Below, one piece after another: positions 1 through 13,664 of a stretch of DNA of 64,000 nucleotides (position 1 is its first letter; each line of letters starts with the position of its first letter). Made by a program: the position numbers and the translations under genes. Source of the stretch: Narcine bancroftii (lineage: Eukaryota); contig NC_091472.1 of assembly GCF_036971445.1 (NCBI RefSeq), forward strand, positions 129,084,001-129,148,000, given 5' to 3'. The notes under the pieces are model-generated. The model was not told the DNA's origin. It was given only the letters and a program-made list of their open reading frames with translations, and did not search any database.

Positions 1-558
1 TATCAGTGGTCAAGCTTGCTATGTGATCTGCTCCCTATTCCCAATCAAAAAATCCCTGGGAATGCAAATAAGTACTAATTGACCTGAGGCACCAACCTAA
101 AGAGATTTATTTGTATCACGCTTTTGTTGTTGTACTTTTAAGCCTTAAAAAATAAAAATTAAAAAATCAACATACTAAGTTGGATTACAGACTCAGGTTT
201 GGAACTAGTGTTTGAACATTGTAGGTAATCGTTCTCTACACACAATGCAGTTCACCAAATACATATCCAGTCAACTTGCATCTGTAACAGAGATTCCAAT
301 ATTGCCCCTGATCAAAACACTGCTCCCCAAATTGCATTGTGGATTTTACTTATTTTGAGGTATAATGAACATTATCTTCATCTCAACTCAACAAGAAATA
401 CATCAGAACATCAACTAGTATGGATGCCATTTTTTTTAAAAAAAGAAAAACAACCTATTATATGGATAATAACTGTTGACAATATCTGCCCAAAAGCCAA
501 ATCTCAAGATAACAACTAATCATGCTTTAATTGTAAAGAAAGATCCTAATTCTCATAC

Positions 559-678
559 CTGTAGCAGTCCATGTGAATGCTCTGACTGGCTTTGAACTCT
601 CCCTGGCTGTCCTTCTGAAAGCCAATCTCTCTGTACATGCTCAAACCATGTACTGCAGCTCGCGTTTCCACAAAAGGC
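559..678 (-). CDS. POLE: POLE coding exon 12 (120 nt)
   Basis: tttcag|G CCT TTT GTG...TAC AG|gtatga; encodes [40 protein letters not shown], matching vertebrate POLE. No further POLE exon recognised in 1-558. Confidence 0.96.
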
Positions 679-1137
679 CTGAAAAATGAACCAAATTACA
701 ATTCTGAAGCCACTTTTCCTATCCCCGAAGCAAAATAACATCATAGTTGCAACAAAAAAAAAAATGACCAATGCATTTTACATTAATCTGCACTATACTT
801 GTGACTTCTAGTGATTGAAATATGGTACTGAAGGAAATTATGAATTTCTAATTTTGCTGTTCAGGGAAATTAACCCAGCCCAACACTGCTCCAAAAAGAA
901 ATCTCTGCAATTCAGAAACATTTGCTTCTCGAATTTCACTTTTATGCATAAAATGAGTAATCTCTATGGTAGTCTGCAATCTTATAAAACCTGAGAACAC
1001 AATATCTAGATAAGAGACTGTCCATAAAGGCAAATAACACTGTAAAGTCCAGTAACATAAAATTACCAAGTATATTTGAGGAAAAATTGTTAGAGTTGTA
1101 GCATCAATCATTGCATGATGAACAATAAAACACTTAC

Positions 1138-1223
1138 CAATCAAAAGAGTCACCATTATATGTCACAAGTATGTTAGGTTTAGTTTCTTGTAAGTGTTCA
1201 AACCATCTCCGAATTAAGCTTGC
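1138..1223 (-). CDS. POLE: POLE coding exon 11 (86 nt), ExoII motif
   Basis: ggtttag|GCA...GAT TG|gtaagt; encodes ASLIRRWFEHLQETKPNILVTYNGDSFDW. Not in the ORF track; phases fit both neighbouring exons. Confidence 0.96.
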
Positions 1224-1343
1224 CTAAACCAAAAAAGTGAAATATCAAATTACCACATCTCATGCCTGATAACATTGTATTGGATTATTCAGCTGAACTT
1301 GTAAAAAGCACTAAATCATTCCATACAAACATTCAAAATGTTA

Positions 1344-1526
<183 letters not shown>

Positions 1527-2502
1527 TCAATTAAAATTACACATTAGTACAATGCAGCTAATAAGATTCCAACAACATACGATCCTGGATACCTGTACAT
1601 AAACAATTTCAACACAGTGAACTTTCTCAGCCATCAAAAACTTAAAAAAGAGATTACCAGAAGAGGGAGTTGAAATTTGAGTCAAAATTGATTTTAACAA
1701 GCGGGAGCAGTGTAAAGGAAAGAGATTGGGGAATAGGACACAAGGAGCTAAAGATATAAATGTCAACTTTACATGGATGCATCAGATGCTCAAGTTGGAA
1801 GAAACAAAAAATTACGTGGGAGGATAAAAGTGGCCAAAATGATGAAATGCATTGTTGGAATGGTGATAAAAATATTTAACAGTTGAATCATTAGGTACTG
1901 GGAAAGCAATAAAAAGGTATAATATAGGTGGCTGAGTGGGGCTTGATAATGGGTTTGATTATACCAATGGATTTGAATGAGTGCTGGGTGGGAGTCCAAC
2001 AAGAAAGCTAGGACTCAGTGGGTTGAGCAGCATTTCTGGAAACATAGGATTAGTCGACATTTTAGGTCAAGATGCTGCATAGGGAGAGGGTAAAAACATG
2101 ACATGCAGAGAATCTGTTGAGTTCTTCCAGTAGTTTGTTTTTTGCTCCAGACTACGGCATCTCCAGGCTCTTGCGTCTCCAATGAAATCATAAAGTTCTA
2201 TAAGCAGGTAATAAACACGCAGAGTTACATGGTGCATAATGGGGAGCCAAGGAGAGGATTTCCACCTTTCTAAATTTTAATTGGTCTCCGATTGCAATAC
2301 TCATGTATCGATACGGACTAAAAGACAGGGTTTAATCTTTTTCCTGATTTCATTATAATATGCTGTATTTTACATTTAAGTTTGTAAAGTAAGTCATGGA
2401 AGAACAGTGCAGAAATGGTTTTCAACTCTTACAAGATCATCATCTTATTTTAAGTGCTAGAACTAGCATCTTTCACTCTTTATTACAAATATCCAAACAA
2501 AC

Positions 2503-2610
2503 CTGTCCATCAATCATGTAGGAAATCATCATAATCTGATCATTTTCAGCATCTGGAAATTTTAATGGTAGTTTTGTGGTTTCAATATCAAAAGCCAAAA
2601 CAACAGGATC
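2503..2610 (-). CDS. POLE: POLE coding exon 9 (108 nt), ExoI motif
   Basis: [36 protein letters not shown]; catalytic D-I-E and the KFP proline are intact; AG/GT boundaries. Confidence 0.97.
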
Positions 2611-2970
2611 CTGAAAAAGTATGCAAAGAAAATATAAATAATCCATCAACACAAATGAACAAATAATCCAAATATAAAAGACAAGTAAAAACTTTAAATT
2701 TGAGTCTTGTATTTGCAATTAGAGTAATTTTTCAGAACAAATCCCTGAAGAGAAATAACATGGAAGATTAAAGATTTACTCTGCTCATCGAAAATAATTA
2801 TGGAATCATGATCCTTGAGGAATTAACTATAACTGAGACTTTACTGGCAAATTTTAGTTTCAATCAGCAAATGTACCCAATTGACAATTTATTAAAAATA
2901 AATAGCTGATAATTGGAGGTGGAATCATCTATAAAATTTGTATTAATCCATATAGTCATGCATTACTTAC

Positions 2971-3051
2971 TGGTCGTTCAACTAAATCATCCCTACGCAT
3001 TATCTCAGGAGGATAGATACCACCACGGATTTGAATGTTGTACCAATGTGC
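2971..3051 (-). CDS. POLE: POLE coding exon 8 (81 nt)
   Basis: [27 protein letters not shown]; tag|...|gtaagt. Confidence 0.96.
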
Positions 3052-3721
3052 CTAGAAAGTAAAACAATCACATTGGAACAAAAGAAACATTAGCAGGAAT
3101 ACACTTTCCAGCTTTTTGCCTGCTCTACCATTCCTCTATATTATGGTCGATCTCCTTCCGCAAAGCCAGATTCTTGCACTTTCCTCAGATTCACTTAGTC
3201 AGAAAATAAAACAAATTAAAAAATGTTCAAAAATTACAATGTGATTGAAACTGGAGAAATAAACTAAATTATAAACACATTTATGACATTTAAAACAATT
3301 GAGCACTTTTCACTCAATTAGAACAAGTCACCAGCAGAAAAAGTGGAACAATAGACTCCTACTCCAAATAATTTATAGTTGAGGTTAAAAAGACTAACAG
3401 CCTTAAACTTAAAAGCACTTTCAGAAAAACCAAGCCACGAGCACAAAAGTTCCATTAAAATTTAAATGGATCTTCTGACAACTCCTGGCTACTCAGCAGT
3501 CAGACTGGAGAGTCAGAAAACTGAGAACTGGTAACATGATTGCAAATTGCACAAGATACAGGAATCCACCAGAAATAGGAAAATCTGAATGCCATTCAGA
3601 ATAGTTCAAAACCAGTTTGGTTTCAGATCAAGTTAATAGCTCTCTTTATATTACATCAGAGATAGCCTTGGCCTAATTGGGCTAATGCATACAATAGCAG
3701 ATATACAATCAAAACACTCAC

Positions 3722-3860
3722 CACTTGAATCTTCAGATCAATGGACACTCGAACATGATAAGGAACATCATATTCTCTAATGTCAATAATGTTTTCCATC
3801 TGATCAGAAATTTTTTTTGATGTTCCTTCCTCTTCTGTCAGGTTGCCCCCAGCCAAGACA
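3722..3860 (-). CDS. POLE: POLE coding exon 7 (139 nt)
   Basis: [46 protein letters not shown]; tag|...|gtgagt. Confidence 0.96.
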
Positions 3861-5430
3861 CTACAATGATAAATAAACAAGAAATGCCATACATTCCTCT
3901 ATAGCACAAATATAAATTGATGGAAACACAACGATTTGGTAATTTGCTAATTATATAATCCACAAAATTTATCCCTGAACTTGTGATTAAATTTTGATCA
4001 CCAGCTATTTTTAATTTCAGTGCACAAAATTTTTCCTCAATCCTCTGGCTTCTTAGTAATTGGGATAGAATAGGTAACAATTGGCCAAGTCTCTTTCAGA
4101 AGGAAAGCAAGAGAAGAAAATTCATGAACTTTAGAACCACCTTCCACAGTTTGGATAGAACAGTGTCAGCCATATGTGCTTCATTTTTTCCCTCTTCAAT
4201 AAGTAATAAAATTTTATTCTTTCATAACAATATTATGACATCAATATAGCTTTCAGTTAAAAGATGGGCACTCAATGTCCTACAAAATTAAACTGAAGCA
4301 AATAGGTATTGTATATTTACACTAAAAAAAATTGACAGTTAAAATAAAAACTGCTTCCATTTATTGTAAAATTGCTTTTTTTGTAAAAAAAAAGAAACTG
4401 CCTGAACCGGATACTTCGTTCTTGCATTGATTAGGCAAGTACCCCAGTACAAAAAAAATGTGAAAGCACAGGTAGATTTTCCAACACATTTTAATTATGC
4501 TGATTTCACCCCCCCCCCCCCCATAGAAAAGGACATATTTGCAATCTACTATGCAGACACAGGGCCACCAGATAATGTCAGCAATTGCCTTCCAGTCAAA
4601 TAGCTTTTTTAAAAGTCCTAAACTAATCTGGCTCCCCAACATTTCATTCATCACCAAACACTGGTTTTAGACTAATTAGTTTCCAAAAATTATAATTCTG
4701 TATTCAGATATTCTGTTTTCTGCACCTTGATATGCATGAAATTCCATCCAACAATATTCCTCACATAATTTTATACTGATAGTCTCTCAACAAAGGCTAT
4801 GAAGTTTGTTCTGACATTTGGGTTGCCTGGTCAGTATTTCTTTTTAATCATCCATGTTCTTCAAAGACTCTTTTCCAAACAACTTGCACTCACCTATGTG
4901 CAACTGTATCTTCCACCTCTTGGCCCATCCTACAAACTAATCTACATCATCCTGAACAGAACACAAAAAATAGGAGCAAGTCATCTAGCCCTTTAGGCCT
5001 GCTCTGTCATTCAAGCTCATGGCTAAGCTTCTCCATCAGTACAACACAAATACCCTCCAGCAATTTTGAATGAGCAATTATTGAAGCACAACATGCTCCA
5101 AGATCTAGAATTCCAAAGATTCAACAATCTCTTCTCAAGCCCAAATTGCCTACCACTTATTTGCAAGCTGTGTGGGTCTAAGATTCCTTTGCAAAGTCTC
5201 CTTCTTGCATTACTTCTCACCAACACAAATACAACTTCCTTTCATGCAACTCAAATTCCCTCATCACCAAGGCCAAAAAGTTATTTACCTTCCTAATCAT
5301 TTGCTGCACCTTCACACTTGCTTTCTGTGACATGTTCAAGCAAGTGACATGTTGAATGACAAAATGACACCATCCCTCCCTACTTCCAAATGCTCTGCTT
5401 TTCTGTCATGCACACAAACATGAATGACTT

Positions 5431-5729
5431 TGTGGCAGTACATCTTGAGGCAAGCGGACCGGCCCCGCTTGTCATGTACGCAGTGGGGCAGCCGGCCAAA
5501 ATGGCACTGTCGGGGGTTTCCTCCCAACCTCGGCACCAGGCTCAGAAGCCCGCGCTTGGGGACCCACGAAACACCCCGGTGATGTCAGGGACCCCCAGCG
5601 TGGTTCACAGCCAGGTCCGGGCTGGGAGCATAAGACTAGCCAGGCAGCCTGCAATAAATCAGTTTTGCTCACTGAATTCAACCCGTCTGGTTGTGCGATC
5701 CTTCAGTTAGCAGTGTAGCCGCTGCTACA
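5431..5729 (+). mobile_element. Solo LTR (299 bp) in POLE intron 6
   Basis: Termini TGTGGCAG...CTGCTACA; GC-rich interior; AATAAA near 5653; flanks ACTT/ACCT resemble a 4-bp TSD with one mismatch. Confidence 0.7.
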
Positions 5730-5859
5730 ACCTCCCTTTTATTAAAAAAATTCCATTCTTACTCACTTAGCTTGTCATTATCCCCTTAACTTTTTTTTGC
5801 ATCTTCCTTAATACAAAGTCTGTTCAGTAACATCAGTAAAGTTGAAAATACAGTACATG

Positions 5860-6345
5860 GCCCTGAATCAAGTTATCAATAAAGAATATGCATAACTGAA
5901 GCCTGAGCACAGATCCCTGCAGTACCTCACGATCACAGCCTGCCAGCTGAAAAAGATAATTTACTCCCATTATTTATTTTGTCTGATAACTCTCAAATAT
6001 TAGTATGTTATCCTTGGTTCAATGTACTTTAGGTTTGCTGTCCCACCTGTGCAAGATCTCAAAAAAAAATTTAAACAATTTAATTTCCACCCAATCTATT
6101 TACCCATCACAAAAACTTGTTGCAGTTGAATTGAATTCATTTTGACCCTGTTCAATTCTATTATTCCTTTCAAATTCTTCTGTTATTACATCCTTCAATA
6201 GACATTCTAGCATTTTCCCTACCACCAATGCTCGGATAACAGGCCAGTAATTCCCCATTTTCTCTCTTCCTCCTTGAATGGTAAGGTCACAATTGCTACC
6301 ATCCAATTCACAGGAAAAATTCCAGAATCTATAGAGCACTTCAAA
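5860..6345 (-). mobile_element. Degenerate CR1-type LINE fragment
   Basis: Minus ORF GREKMGNYWPVIRALVVGKMLECLLKDVI resembles the CR1 RT N-terminal NYRPVSLTSVVGK block. Confidence 0.65.
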
Positions 6346-6804
6346 GCTCAAGAAAATACATTTACCAAGTTTTAAAGTTTTTTTTTTAGCATTTGTTCAA
6401 AATTAGAATAGAATAATCTGAGTGACAGCAGCAACTAATTTTTTTTTCTACAAGCGATTACTACACAACAATCAAGCATGTCAGGGTTCAAAGTGACCTA
6501 CAAATGAAATTCCCCACAAAAGGAATTAACATGTTGAAAGTTATCCAGGCAATTTCAGCAGACTCCATTATAAACTTACGCAAAAGTCACAAGTGTTATG
6601 TATTACAAGCCATAAAGGGCCCCGAGTGACATAAATGGTGACTCTGTCTGTCTTATGGCAATATTACATGTAGGGTAATATTACATTTTCTGTATTGTTA
6701 CATGACAGTAAGGAATCTTGAATCTTAAAAAAAACTAAATAAGCTGTGAAACAGCAAAAGCACTTTAATGACAAAAATAAGATGAAAACCATAAATAGCA
6801 TTAC

Positions 6805-6959
6805 CTGGACAACATAACTGTGTAGGCATCATTTGATTTCTCCCTTTCTTTGTTTTTCATCACTGCTGGAAAAATTTCCTTCCGAACTTTTATCAGGTCA
6901 TCAACGGTGTTAAAGGCAAGCTTAATGTACATCCTCTTCAACCCAACTAGATGGTTTGG
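6805..6959 (-). CDS. POLE: POLE coding exon 6 (155 nt)
   Basis: [51 protein letters not shown]; cag|...AG|gtaa. Confidence 0.97.
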
Positions 6960-7063
6960 CTGCAGAATAAACATATTTAATGATAACATTACACCATGCA
7001 AATGTATTTTTGTGGAGGTGGAATAAAAGCAGAGGGAAGACATAATAAGCCAAGACAACTTAC

Positions 7064-7156
7064 CAAATCCAGGTCCTCTTTCAGAATGGTTGTAATTTTA
7101 CTTAATTTCCCTTGAAATTTCTTGGACAAGAATGATGACACCTCTCGCTCACATCC
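7064..7156 (-). CDS. POLE: POLE coding exon 5 (93 nt)
   Basis: [31 protein letters not shown]; cag|...|gtaagt. Confidence 0.97.
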
Positions 7157-7164
7157 CTGTTTAA

Positions 7165-7425
7165 AATTTAATTTTTTTTTAAAATTTAGACATACAGCAT
7201 AGTGACAAGCCCCATCAGCCTAATGAACCTGTGCCACCCAATTGACCTACAACCTCCCCCCATATGTTTTGAATGGTGGAAGGAAACTGGAGCACTGGGG
7301 AAAACCCACACAAACATGGAGAAAATACAAACTCCTTAGAGTCAGCGGGGGGAATTCAAACTCCAGTCTTGATTGCTGGCACTGTACCAGCGTTGCGCTA
7401 TCCACTACACCAACTGTGCTGCCTT
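7165..7425 (-). mobile_element. V-SINE/HE1-like SINE
   Basis: Reverse complement contains a V-SINE-like core (ggagtttgta.tttctccatgtttgtgtgggttttcccc...gtttccttcc) and an A-rich tail. Related copies at about 8430-8680, 10810-10992 and 35975-36150. Confidence 0.7.
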
Positions 7426-7651
7426 TATTTTAAAGTTTCAAAGTTATCTTCACTCCAATTCATTTCACTTTTTATTTCACATTTTTTCAATAATATTTTA
7501 AAACAATGACATTAATCACAAGTAAGGAAATCATTCTTAAATAGTAAAGATTTTTTGTTAATTTTTGTTCAAATACATTAGCAGCCCCGCCCCCCCCCCC
7601 CCCCAAAAAAAAACAGGTACTCTCCAAAATTCAAGTGTTTTAAGTTGATTT

Positions 7652-7845
7652 TTTCTTCTTTGGCTTGGCTTCGCGGACGAAGATTTATGGAGGGGGTAAA
7701 AAGTCCACGTCAGCTGCAGGCTCGTTTGTGGCTGACAAGTCCGATGCGGGACAGGCAGACACGATTGCAGCGGTTGCAGGGGAAAATTGGTTGGTTGGGG
7801 GTTGGGTGTTGGGTTTTTCCTCCTTTGCCTTTTGTCAGTGAGGTG
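7652..7845 (-). mobile_element. 5'-truncated RTE-clade LINE, 3' end only, in POLE intron 4
   Basis: Near-identical to the 3' end of the RTE copy ending at 15141; flanked by a 36-bp direct repeat (7616-7651 and 7846-7881). Confidence 0.9.
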
Positions 7846-8006
7846 GGTACTCTCCAAAATTCAAGTGTTTTAAGTTGATTTACAAAACATAATAAACCCA
7901 CATACTTAAAAAAAATATTGTCTTATGGAGAGAAAAGGTCCAAGCAATAAACTTGTGGGAGACAAATCTAAACCTTGTTAAGGTTTCTGGATAACTTTCT
8001 ACATAC

Positions 8007-8051
8007 CTTTTTTGTGGCAACATAGAAATAAGGTTGGAAAGGCAAAGCAAC
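8007..8051 (-). CDS. POLE: POLE coding exon 4 (45 nt)
   Basis: VALPFQPYFYVATKK; ttttcag|...AAG|gtatgt. Confidence 0.96.
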
Positions 8052-9715
8052 CTGAAAAGAAGAAAGTGACAATGAACTGACAAATGGGATTAAGTAAAAC
8101 AAGAGCTTTGTTTCTAAATGAAATTCAGCATGATACTTTAATATCAAAATATTGCAGGTATACAAAAATCCCAAAAAAGAAAACCACATTCAATTAATCA
8201 TAAAAGCCACTGTTCATCCTGTCGATTTTATAGTCTCTATAAATTTAGCAGTTGAGATCCCAAAACCATTAGTAGGTAGAAAAGGTTAACTGTATGGCTC
8301 AGAAGAGTAAATGAGAAACATCGGATTTTGCTGGGAGTTTCAAATATGGAACAAGTAGTAAAAACCTGGAAATACTCAGGTCAGTAAGCATCTTGGAGGT
8401 AGAAACATTTAACAAGTATTTGAACCAAAATGTTAACTCCTGCACCTGTCCACAAATAAGAGTCACAGCATGGTAATAGGCCCTTTGGCTTATGAGGTAG
8501 TGCCATCCAAATACACCAATTAATCTACATATTCTGTATGTTTTTGGAGGGTGAGAGGTAACCGGAATAAGTAAAGAAACCCCATATAGGCACAGGGAGT
8601 ACATACAAACTCCTTCCAGGCAGTGCCAGATTTGAACTCCAGTCACTGTCACTAACTGCTACGCTAACTATGCCCTCTGCTGGGTATTGCACTCATTCTG
8701 GTTTTATTTTGGGTTTTTGCATTTGCAATTTTTATTGGATGACAAATTTAAATTAATATTTTCAGCTGAACAGTTCATTGTACTGTCAGAAATTGAAAAC
8801 ATCTCCATTATGCTAAAGGTACTAACTGGGCAGAATTCTAAATTCATAACATGAAAAAAATATATACACCTAACAAATGCAATCAGTTCATTTTAATAAA
8901 TCTAAAAATTAGGAACTAAATCTAAACTGCAATTGAAGCTACAAGTTTAATGTGTAATAGAGCTGAAAAGAAGATCTCCCATAAATTCACTGAATGGTAA
9001 AATGTACTAGAGGAGAACGTGGTCTTTTTATGCAAGATGTCTTATATCTAAGTTGCCCTCTTAAAATATTGAATTACATGCTATGGGACCATATTCTTTC
9101 TCAAATACAAATTCATTGAAGTACAGTAATTTGGCAAATATATGCACAAATTGACAGCTAGACACAAAACTAATCACAATCCTGAAGAGTTTCAGGGTAA
9201 TAAAGAGTAATCAAGAATATTTGTTAAAATATGTTGTAACAAAAAATACAAGAACCTGGTGTTTATTTCAGAATTGTGCACACTTTTAGTTTGACCGCAG
9301 ATCACATACAGTACTTCCTACAAATCTAGTCCCCACATTATAGGCAAGACACAATTGTGCTGCAAAGGATGAAGACACTTAGAATTGGGGAAGAAATAAT
9401 TCACCCAAAGAATGGCAGGTTTTTGATTTCACTGAGGAAAAGGGTAATCGAGGCAGAAATCTACAGACCATAGAAAAAGGACTCCAATGTTCATTTATAA
9501 TGGTTCTACGTGGATGGTTATGGACCTGCTGATGGAAGGCGAGGAGGTCAAAAAGCTTTTTTCGTTTACAACAGAAACTGACAACCAGACCAAATGATCA
9601 CCTTCTGTGTCATAAATATTCTATAATTCATGAGACAGAGTCAAATCATATATATCTTCTGTGCATGCAGTCATGGAATAGAAATACAAGTATTTTTCAT
9701 TAGACTACCACAAAC

Positions 9716-9796
9716 CTTAAATCTGCTTCCATCCTCCTCAACAAAGTAATAATCCACAACACTGATCATTCTCTTGTCTTCATCCAGGATTTCAGC
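9716..9796 (-). CDS. POLE: POLE coding exon 3 (81 nt)
   Basis: [27 protein letters not shown]; gcag|...AAG|gtttgt. Confidence 0.96.
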
Positions 9797-10006
9797 CTGC
9801 AAACCAAATTGTACACACTTAGCTTGGTAAACAAAGACTGTGTTTGTTATTACAACTTCGTTATAATGCACAAGATTTTTTTGTTCCCTTTATTAAAAAT
9901 AAACAAAACTGGGTGCATCATTTACATGTCTACCATTAACATGACCATGGTTACATAGTGGCAATTATTTCTAGTGGTAACAACTAAATTCAGAAAGGCA
10001 ACCAAC

Positions 10007-10142
10007 TGGATGCATGTTGATCAGCCAGCCTGTTTTCTCTCCTGGATCTTTGAGGCGCTCAAATCCAAATCGTGCATCCATCTCATCTGTCCACTGACTG
10101 CGCTCCAGGCGCTTGAGTGCAGGAAGGGAGGAGCCATCATCG
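10007..10142 (-). CDS. POLE: POLE coding exon 2 (136 nt)
   Basis: [45 protein letters not shown]; ccccag|C...CCA|gttggt. Confidence 0.96.
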
Positions 10143-10992
10143 CTGGGGATCAAAAGCACAAGAAAGCGTGTTTATGTTATAATATTAACCAGCATACATT
10201 GCACAGCACAAGAATGGAACTGGATTCAAAAATGCTGCTGTCATTTTAAGATATGACTTGAATCTTGCTCATCAACATTTCAAGTTTAAAAAAAAACAAC
10301 CTGCTGGTGAAACTTTGTGAATCAACTGTTCAGAACAAGACACTTCATGAAAGCACTAACTCCAGATGTGGACTGACCTGCTCAGTTATGCCAGCAACTT
10401 GTTTTTTTGTTACAAAAAATCTACATTCTCTGGTCTGCAACATTTCAAATGTTCTTCATTGGTTGCAAAACAGCTTGGGATACCACAAGACCATAAAAGC
10501 ATTAAGATAAAAGCAAAACATTGTTTTTAAATACTTCACTTCCAAATAAAAATGTAATCGTTGAGGCATGCTAATGTCAGCCATGATGATCTTAACAAAT
10601 GTCAGAGCAGGCTTGAAAGGTCAGATGGTCTATTCTTCCTCCCATTTGTTTTATTCCTGCAATGCTGCTGACAGCAAGAACTTTTATGTAAGGGATGTTA
10701 TATTAAATTGTATCAGCAACTGATGCAAGTTCATTAGCCTGAAATATTAATCTGTTTTCTCTATTCATGGAAACCACCGAGCTAAAATACATGTCAGTAC
10801 ATTGTGCACAATTTTTAAAAATTTAGACATACGACATAGTAACAGGCCATTTCAGCCCATGAGTGCATGCCACCCAGTTTATACCCAATTAACCTACACC
10901 TCTGGCAAGTTTTGAGCATTGAGAGGAAACCAGAGCCCCCGGGAAAAAACCCATGAAGACACGGGAGAACATACAAATTCCTTATGGACAGC

Positions 10993-12365
10993 AATTTCTT
11001 CTTCAGATTCTTTCTACATTCTTTATATTCCTCTAACACCTCAATTAGTTCACGCTGTCCATACTTTTTGTACGTCTTTCTTTTTCTGAACCACATTTCT
11101 AATAACCCTTGAAAACCAAGGCTCCCTAAAACTTTAACCTTTCCTTTCAACCTAACAGGAACATACTGTCTCTGTACCCTTAAAATTTCACCTTTGAATC
11201 CCTTCCTTTTTCATTCTACATCTTTCCCATTAAACAATTCATTCTCATCTCCTCAAAATGAACCTTTCTCCAATCAAAAAGCTTAACTCTGGGGGTCCAG
11301 ACCTATCTTTCTTCATAATTTCTTTTGAAACCAATAGTATTGCCATCACTGGACCCAAAGTGCTCCCCAACACACACACCACCATCACCTGACCTCTCCC
11401 ATTTCCTAATAGCAGATCCAACACTGCCCCTTCTCTAGTTGGTACCTCTACATATCGATGTAGAAACTATCCTGCACACATTTAACAAACTCCAAACCAT
11501 CCAGCCCATTTACAGTATGGGCATCCCAGTCATTATGTGGAAAGTTAATCTCCCACAATCACAACCTGGTGCTTACTACAAATATCTGCTATTTCCTTAC
11601 AAATTTGTTCCTTCAGTTCCCTCTCTACATTAGGTGGTCTATAATACACCTCCATAAGTGTTATCAATTCTTCCCACTCCTCAGTTTCACCCATAGTCCT
11701 TCTCTAGACGAACCCCTTAATCTATCCCTCAAAAGCACTGCTGTAATACTCTCTCCAACAAGCATGCAACACCTCCCCCTCTTGGTCCCCCTATTCTATC
11801 ACACCTGAAGCAATGAAATCCTGGTATGTTTCGCTGCCAATCGCTCTCTTCCCGCAGCCATGTTTCACTAATCATAATTCCAAGTATCTACCCATATTCT
11901 CAGCTCATCTACTTTTCTCACAATGTTCCTAGCATTGAAATAAATAATTTAAGAAAATCTCCTTCTCTTGCTTTGATTACTAATCAAATTGATTACTAAT
12001 GGTGCATACAACTTCTGTCTTCAATTTCATCCTTCTCCCCTACATCTGTTATTTCACTATGGTTCCCCTCCTCCTTCACATCTTGTTCAAACTCAACACA
12101 GCCACAATAGCAAATCTACCTGCAAGAATATTTGTACCTTTCCAGTTAAGAGGCAAGCAGTCCCTCTGGAATAGTTCCCACCTTCCCTGGAAGGTTGCCT
12201 ACAAATCTAAAGCCCTCCCTCCTGCACCATATTTTCCAGCCACACATTTAGCTGCACTATCTTTCTATTTTTTACCTCACCTGCATATGGCACTGGTAGC
12301 AATCCTGAGATTGCTATCCTGGAGGTCCTGTCCTTTAACCTAGCTCCCTAAACTCACCCTGCATT
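10993..12365 (-). mobile_element. Degenerate CR1-type LINE (ORF1/endonuclease region remnants)
   Basis: Shares recognisable blocks with the CR1 remnants at 47540-48345 (ttaaaggacaggacctccagg...tctcaggattgctaccagtg) and 57450-57845; no intact ORF. Confidence 0.6.
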
Positions 12366-13176
12366 TTTAATAGAAAAGGAGAAAGAAAAGGGAGGCGAGA
12401 ATGGGAGATTGTTGAATTCAGAATTGCAGTTCGTGTAGCCAGGTAGATAAAAGGTAGATTTTTAATCTATGGAAGGTGAAGATAACTAAATTGTAGATTA
12501 AAATCAAGGAAGTCAGGTTCACAAATTTAGAACATAAGAGAAATTAAATAAAGCTATAAAACTAGACATGTATAAACAGTTAGGGTCAACCTTGACAAAA
12601 ATCAATGGTCAGCCTGTGTTTGTGAATAATTTTCTAAATCTGGACACTATACTTTAGAATAAATGTCTAAGCAGTGTATCTAACTGTAGAAGGGGATTCA
12701 GTTATGCGTAGAGGGAATTTGAGAGTCATGGCAGCAAAGAGTGTCAACAACATTCAGGGTTGTATACAGGGTTCAATGTACAAAAGGTTTCCACTGTCCA
12801 CTGGAAATATTTCCACTGTCAGTTGGATCCGTAACTTCAGGTCACAGATTTGTTAATTTGTCAAAAAAAAAAAGAGCAATACAAGAAAATAAATCTTTTT
12901 AGAAAGTTACCATGGTCTTGAATGCATTACTCAAGAGGATAGTGCAAGCTTCTATCCTCTGTAAGATAAGCTTAACAAATTGGCAACTGAATTTGAACAT
13001 AGATCATAAAATGATAAAAAACTAAAGGATTATGCTTTAGAAAAAAGAAGTACAATTTCTTGCACAGTTAGTTCGGGACATAATACACAAACAAAGCATG
13101 ATGATGCATACAACGAGTGCTGTAGAATATGATTTGAATAGAAACGTGGAATACCATGTTTAGTTGAAACTAAATA

Positions 13177-13664
13177 CACGTATACCCTGCTTTACAAAAC
13201 TAGAGCATTCCTATGAAACCTTTCAGAAGCCAAAATGGCATAAAGCAAAGAAGCAATTACCATAGACTTCTATTGGAAAAATTTTTGAGCATTTCCAGAC
13301 CTAAAAAAATAACCTGCCAAATCATACAAAATAACAAACAAAACATAAAATAACACGAACATTTATTAAAAGCAGGAGTGATATGATAAATACAGAGCCT
13401 ACATAAAGTAGAAATAATGCACATAGTGTAGTTTCAGTGACGAGAATTGGAAAGATAGTAAGTTTTGACAGCCTCACCGGCCTGCCCCCACGACAGCCCA
13501 GCCCGAAATGGCCTGTTACTGTGCTCTATGTCTAAATTTTTAAAATTTAAATTCTACCAGCTCCTTTTTAATAAAAGTGAAAAACCTTTTGTAAAAGCAG
13601 ACACAACCCTCTTCATAAAAGCACATTTTTGTAATTTGAGTATTCGTCAAGCAGGATATACCTA
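13177..13664. mobile_element. Tigger/Tc1-mariner-like non-autonomous DNA transposon
   Basis: Imperfect terminal inverted repeats (cacgtataccctgctttac... / ...gtcaagcaggatataccta) preceded by TA; non-coding interior. Confidence 0.5.

Noticed and set aside
553-771. ORF-track peptide WFEHVQ, identical to a human POLE exon 11 peptide
   Set aside because: It is an off-frame reading of exon 12. The real exon 11 (WFEHLQ) is at 1138-1223, so this is treated as coincidence, not an exon duplication.
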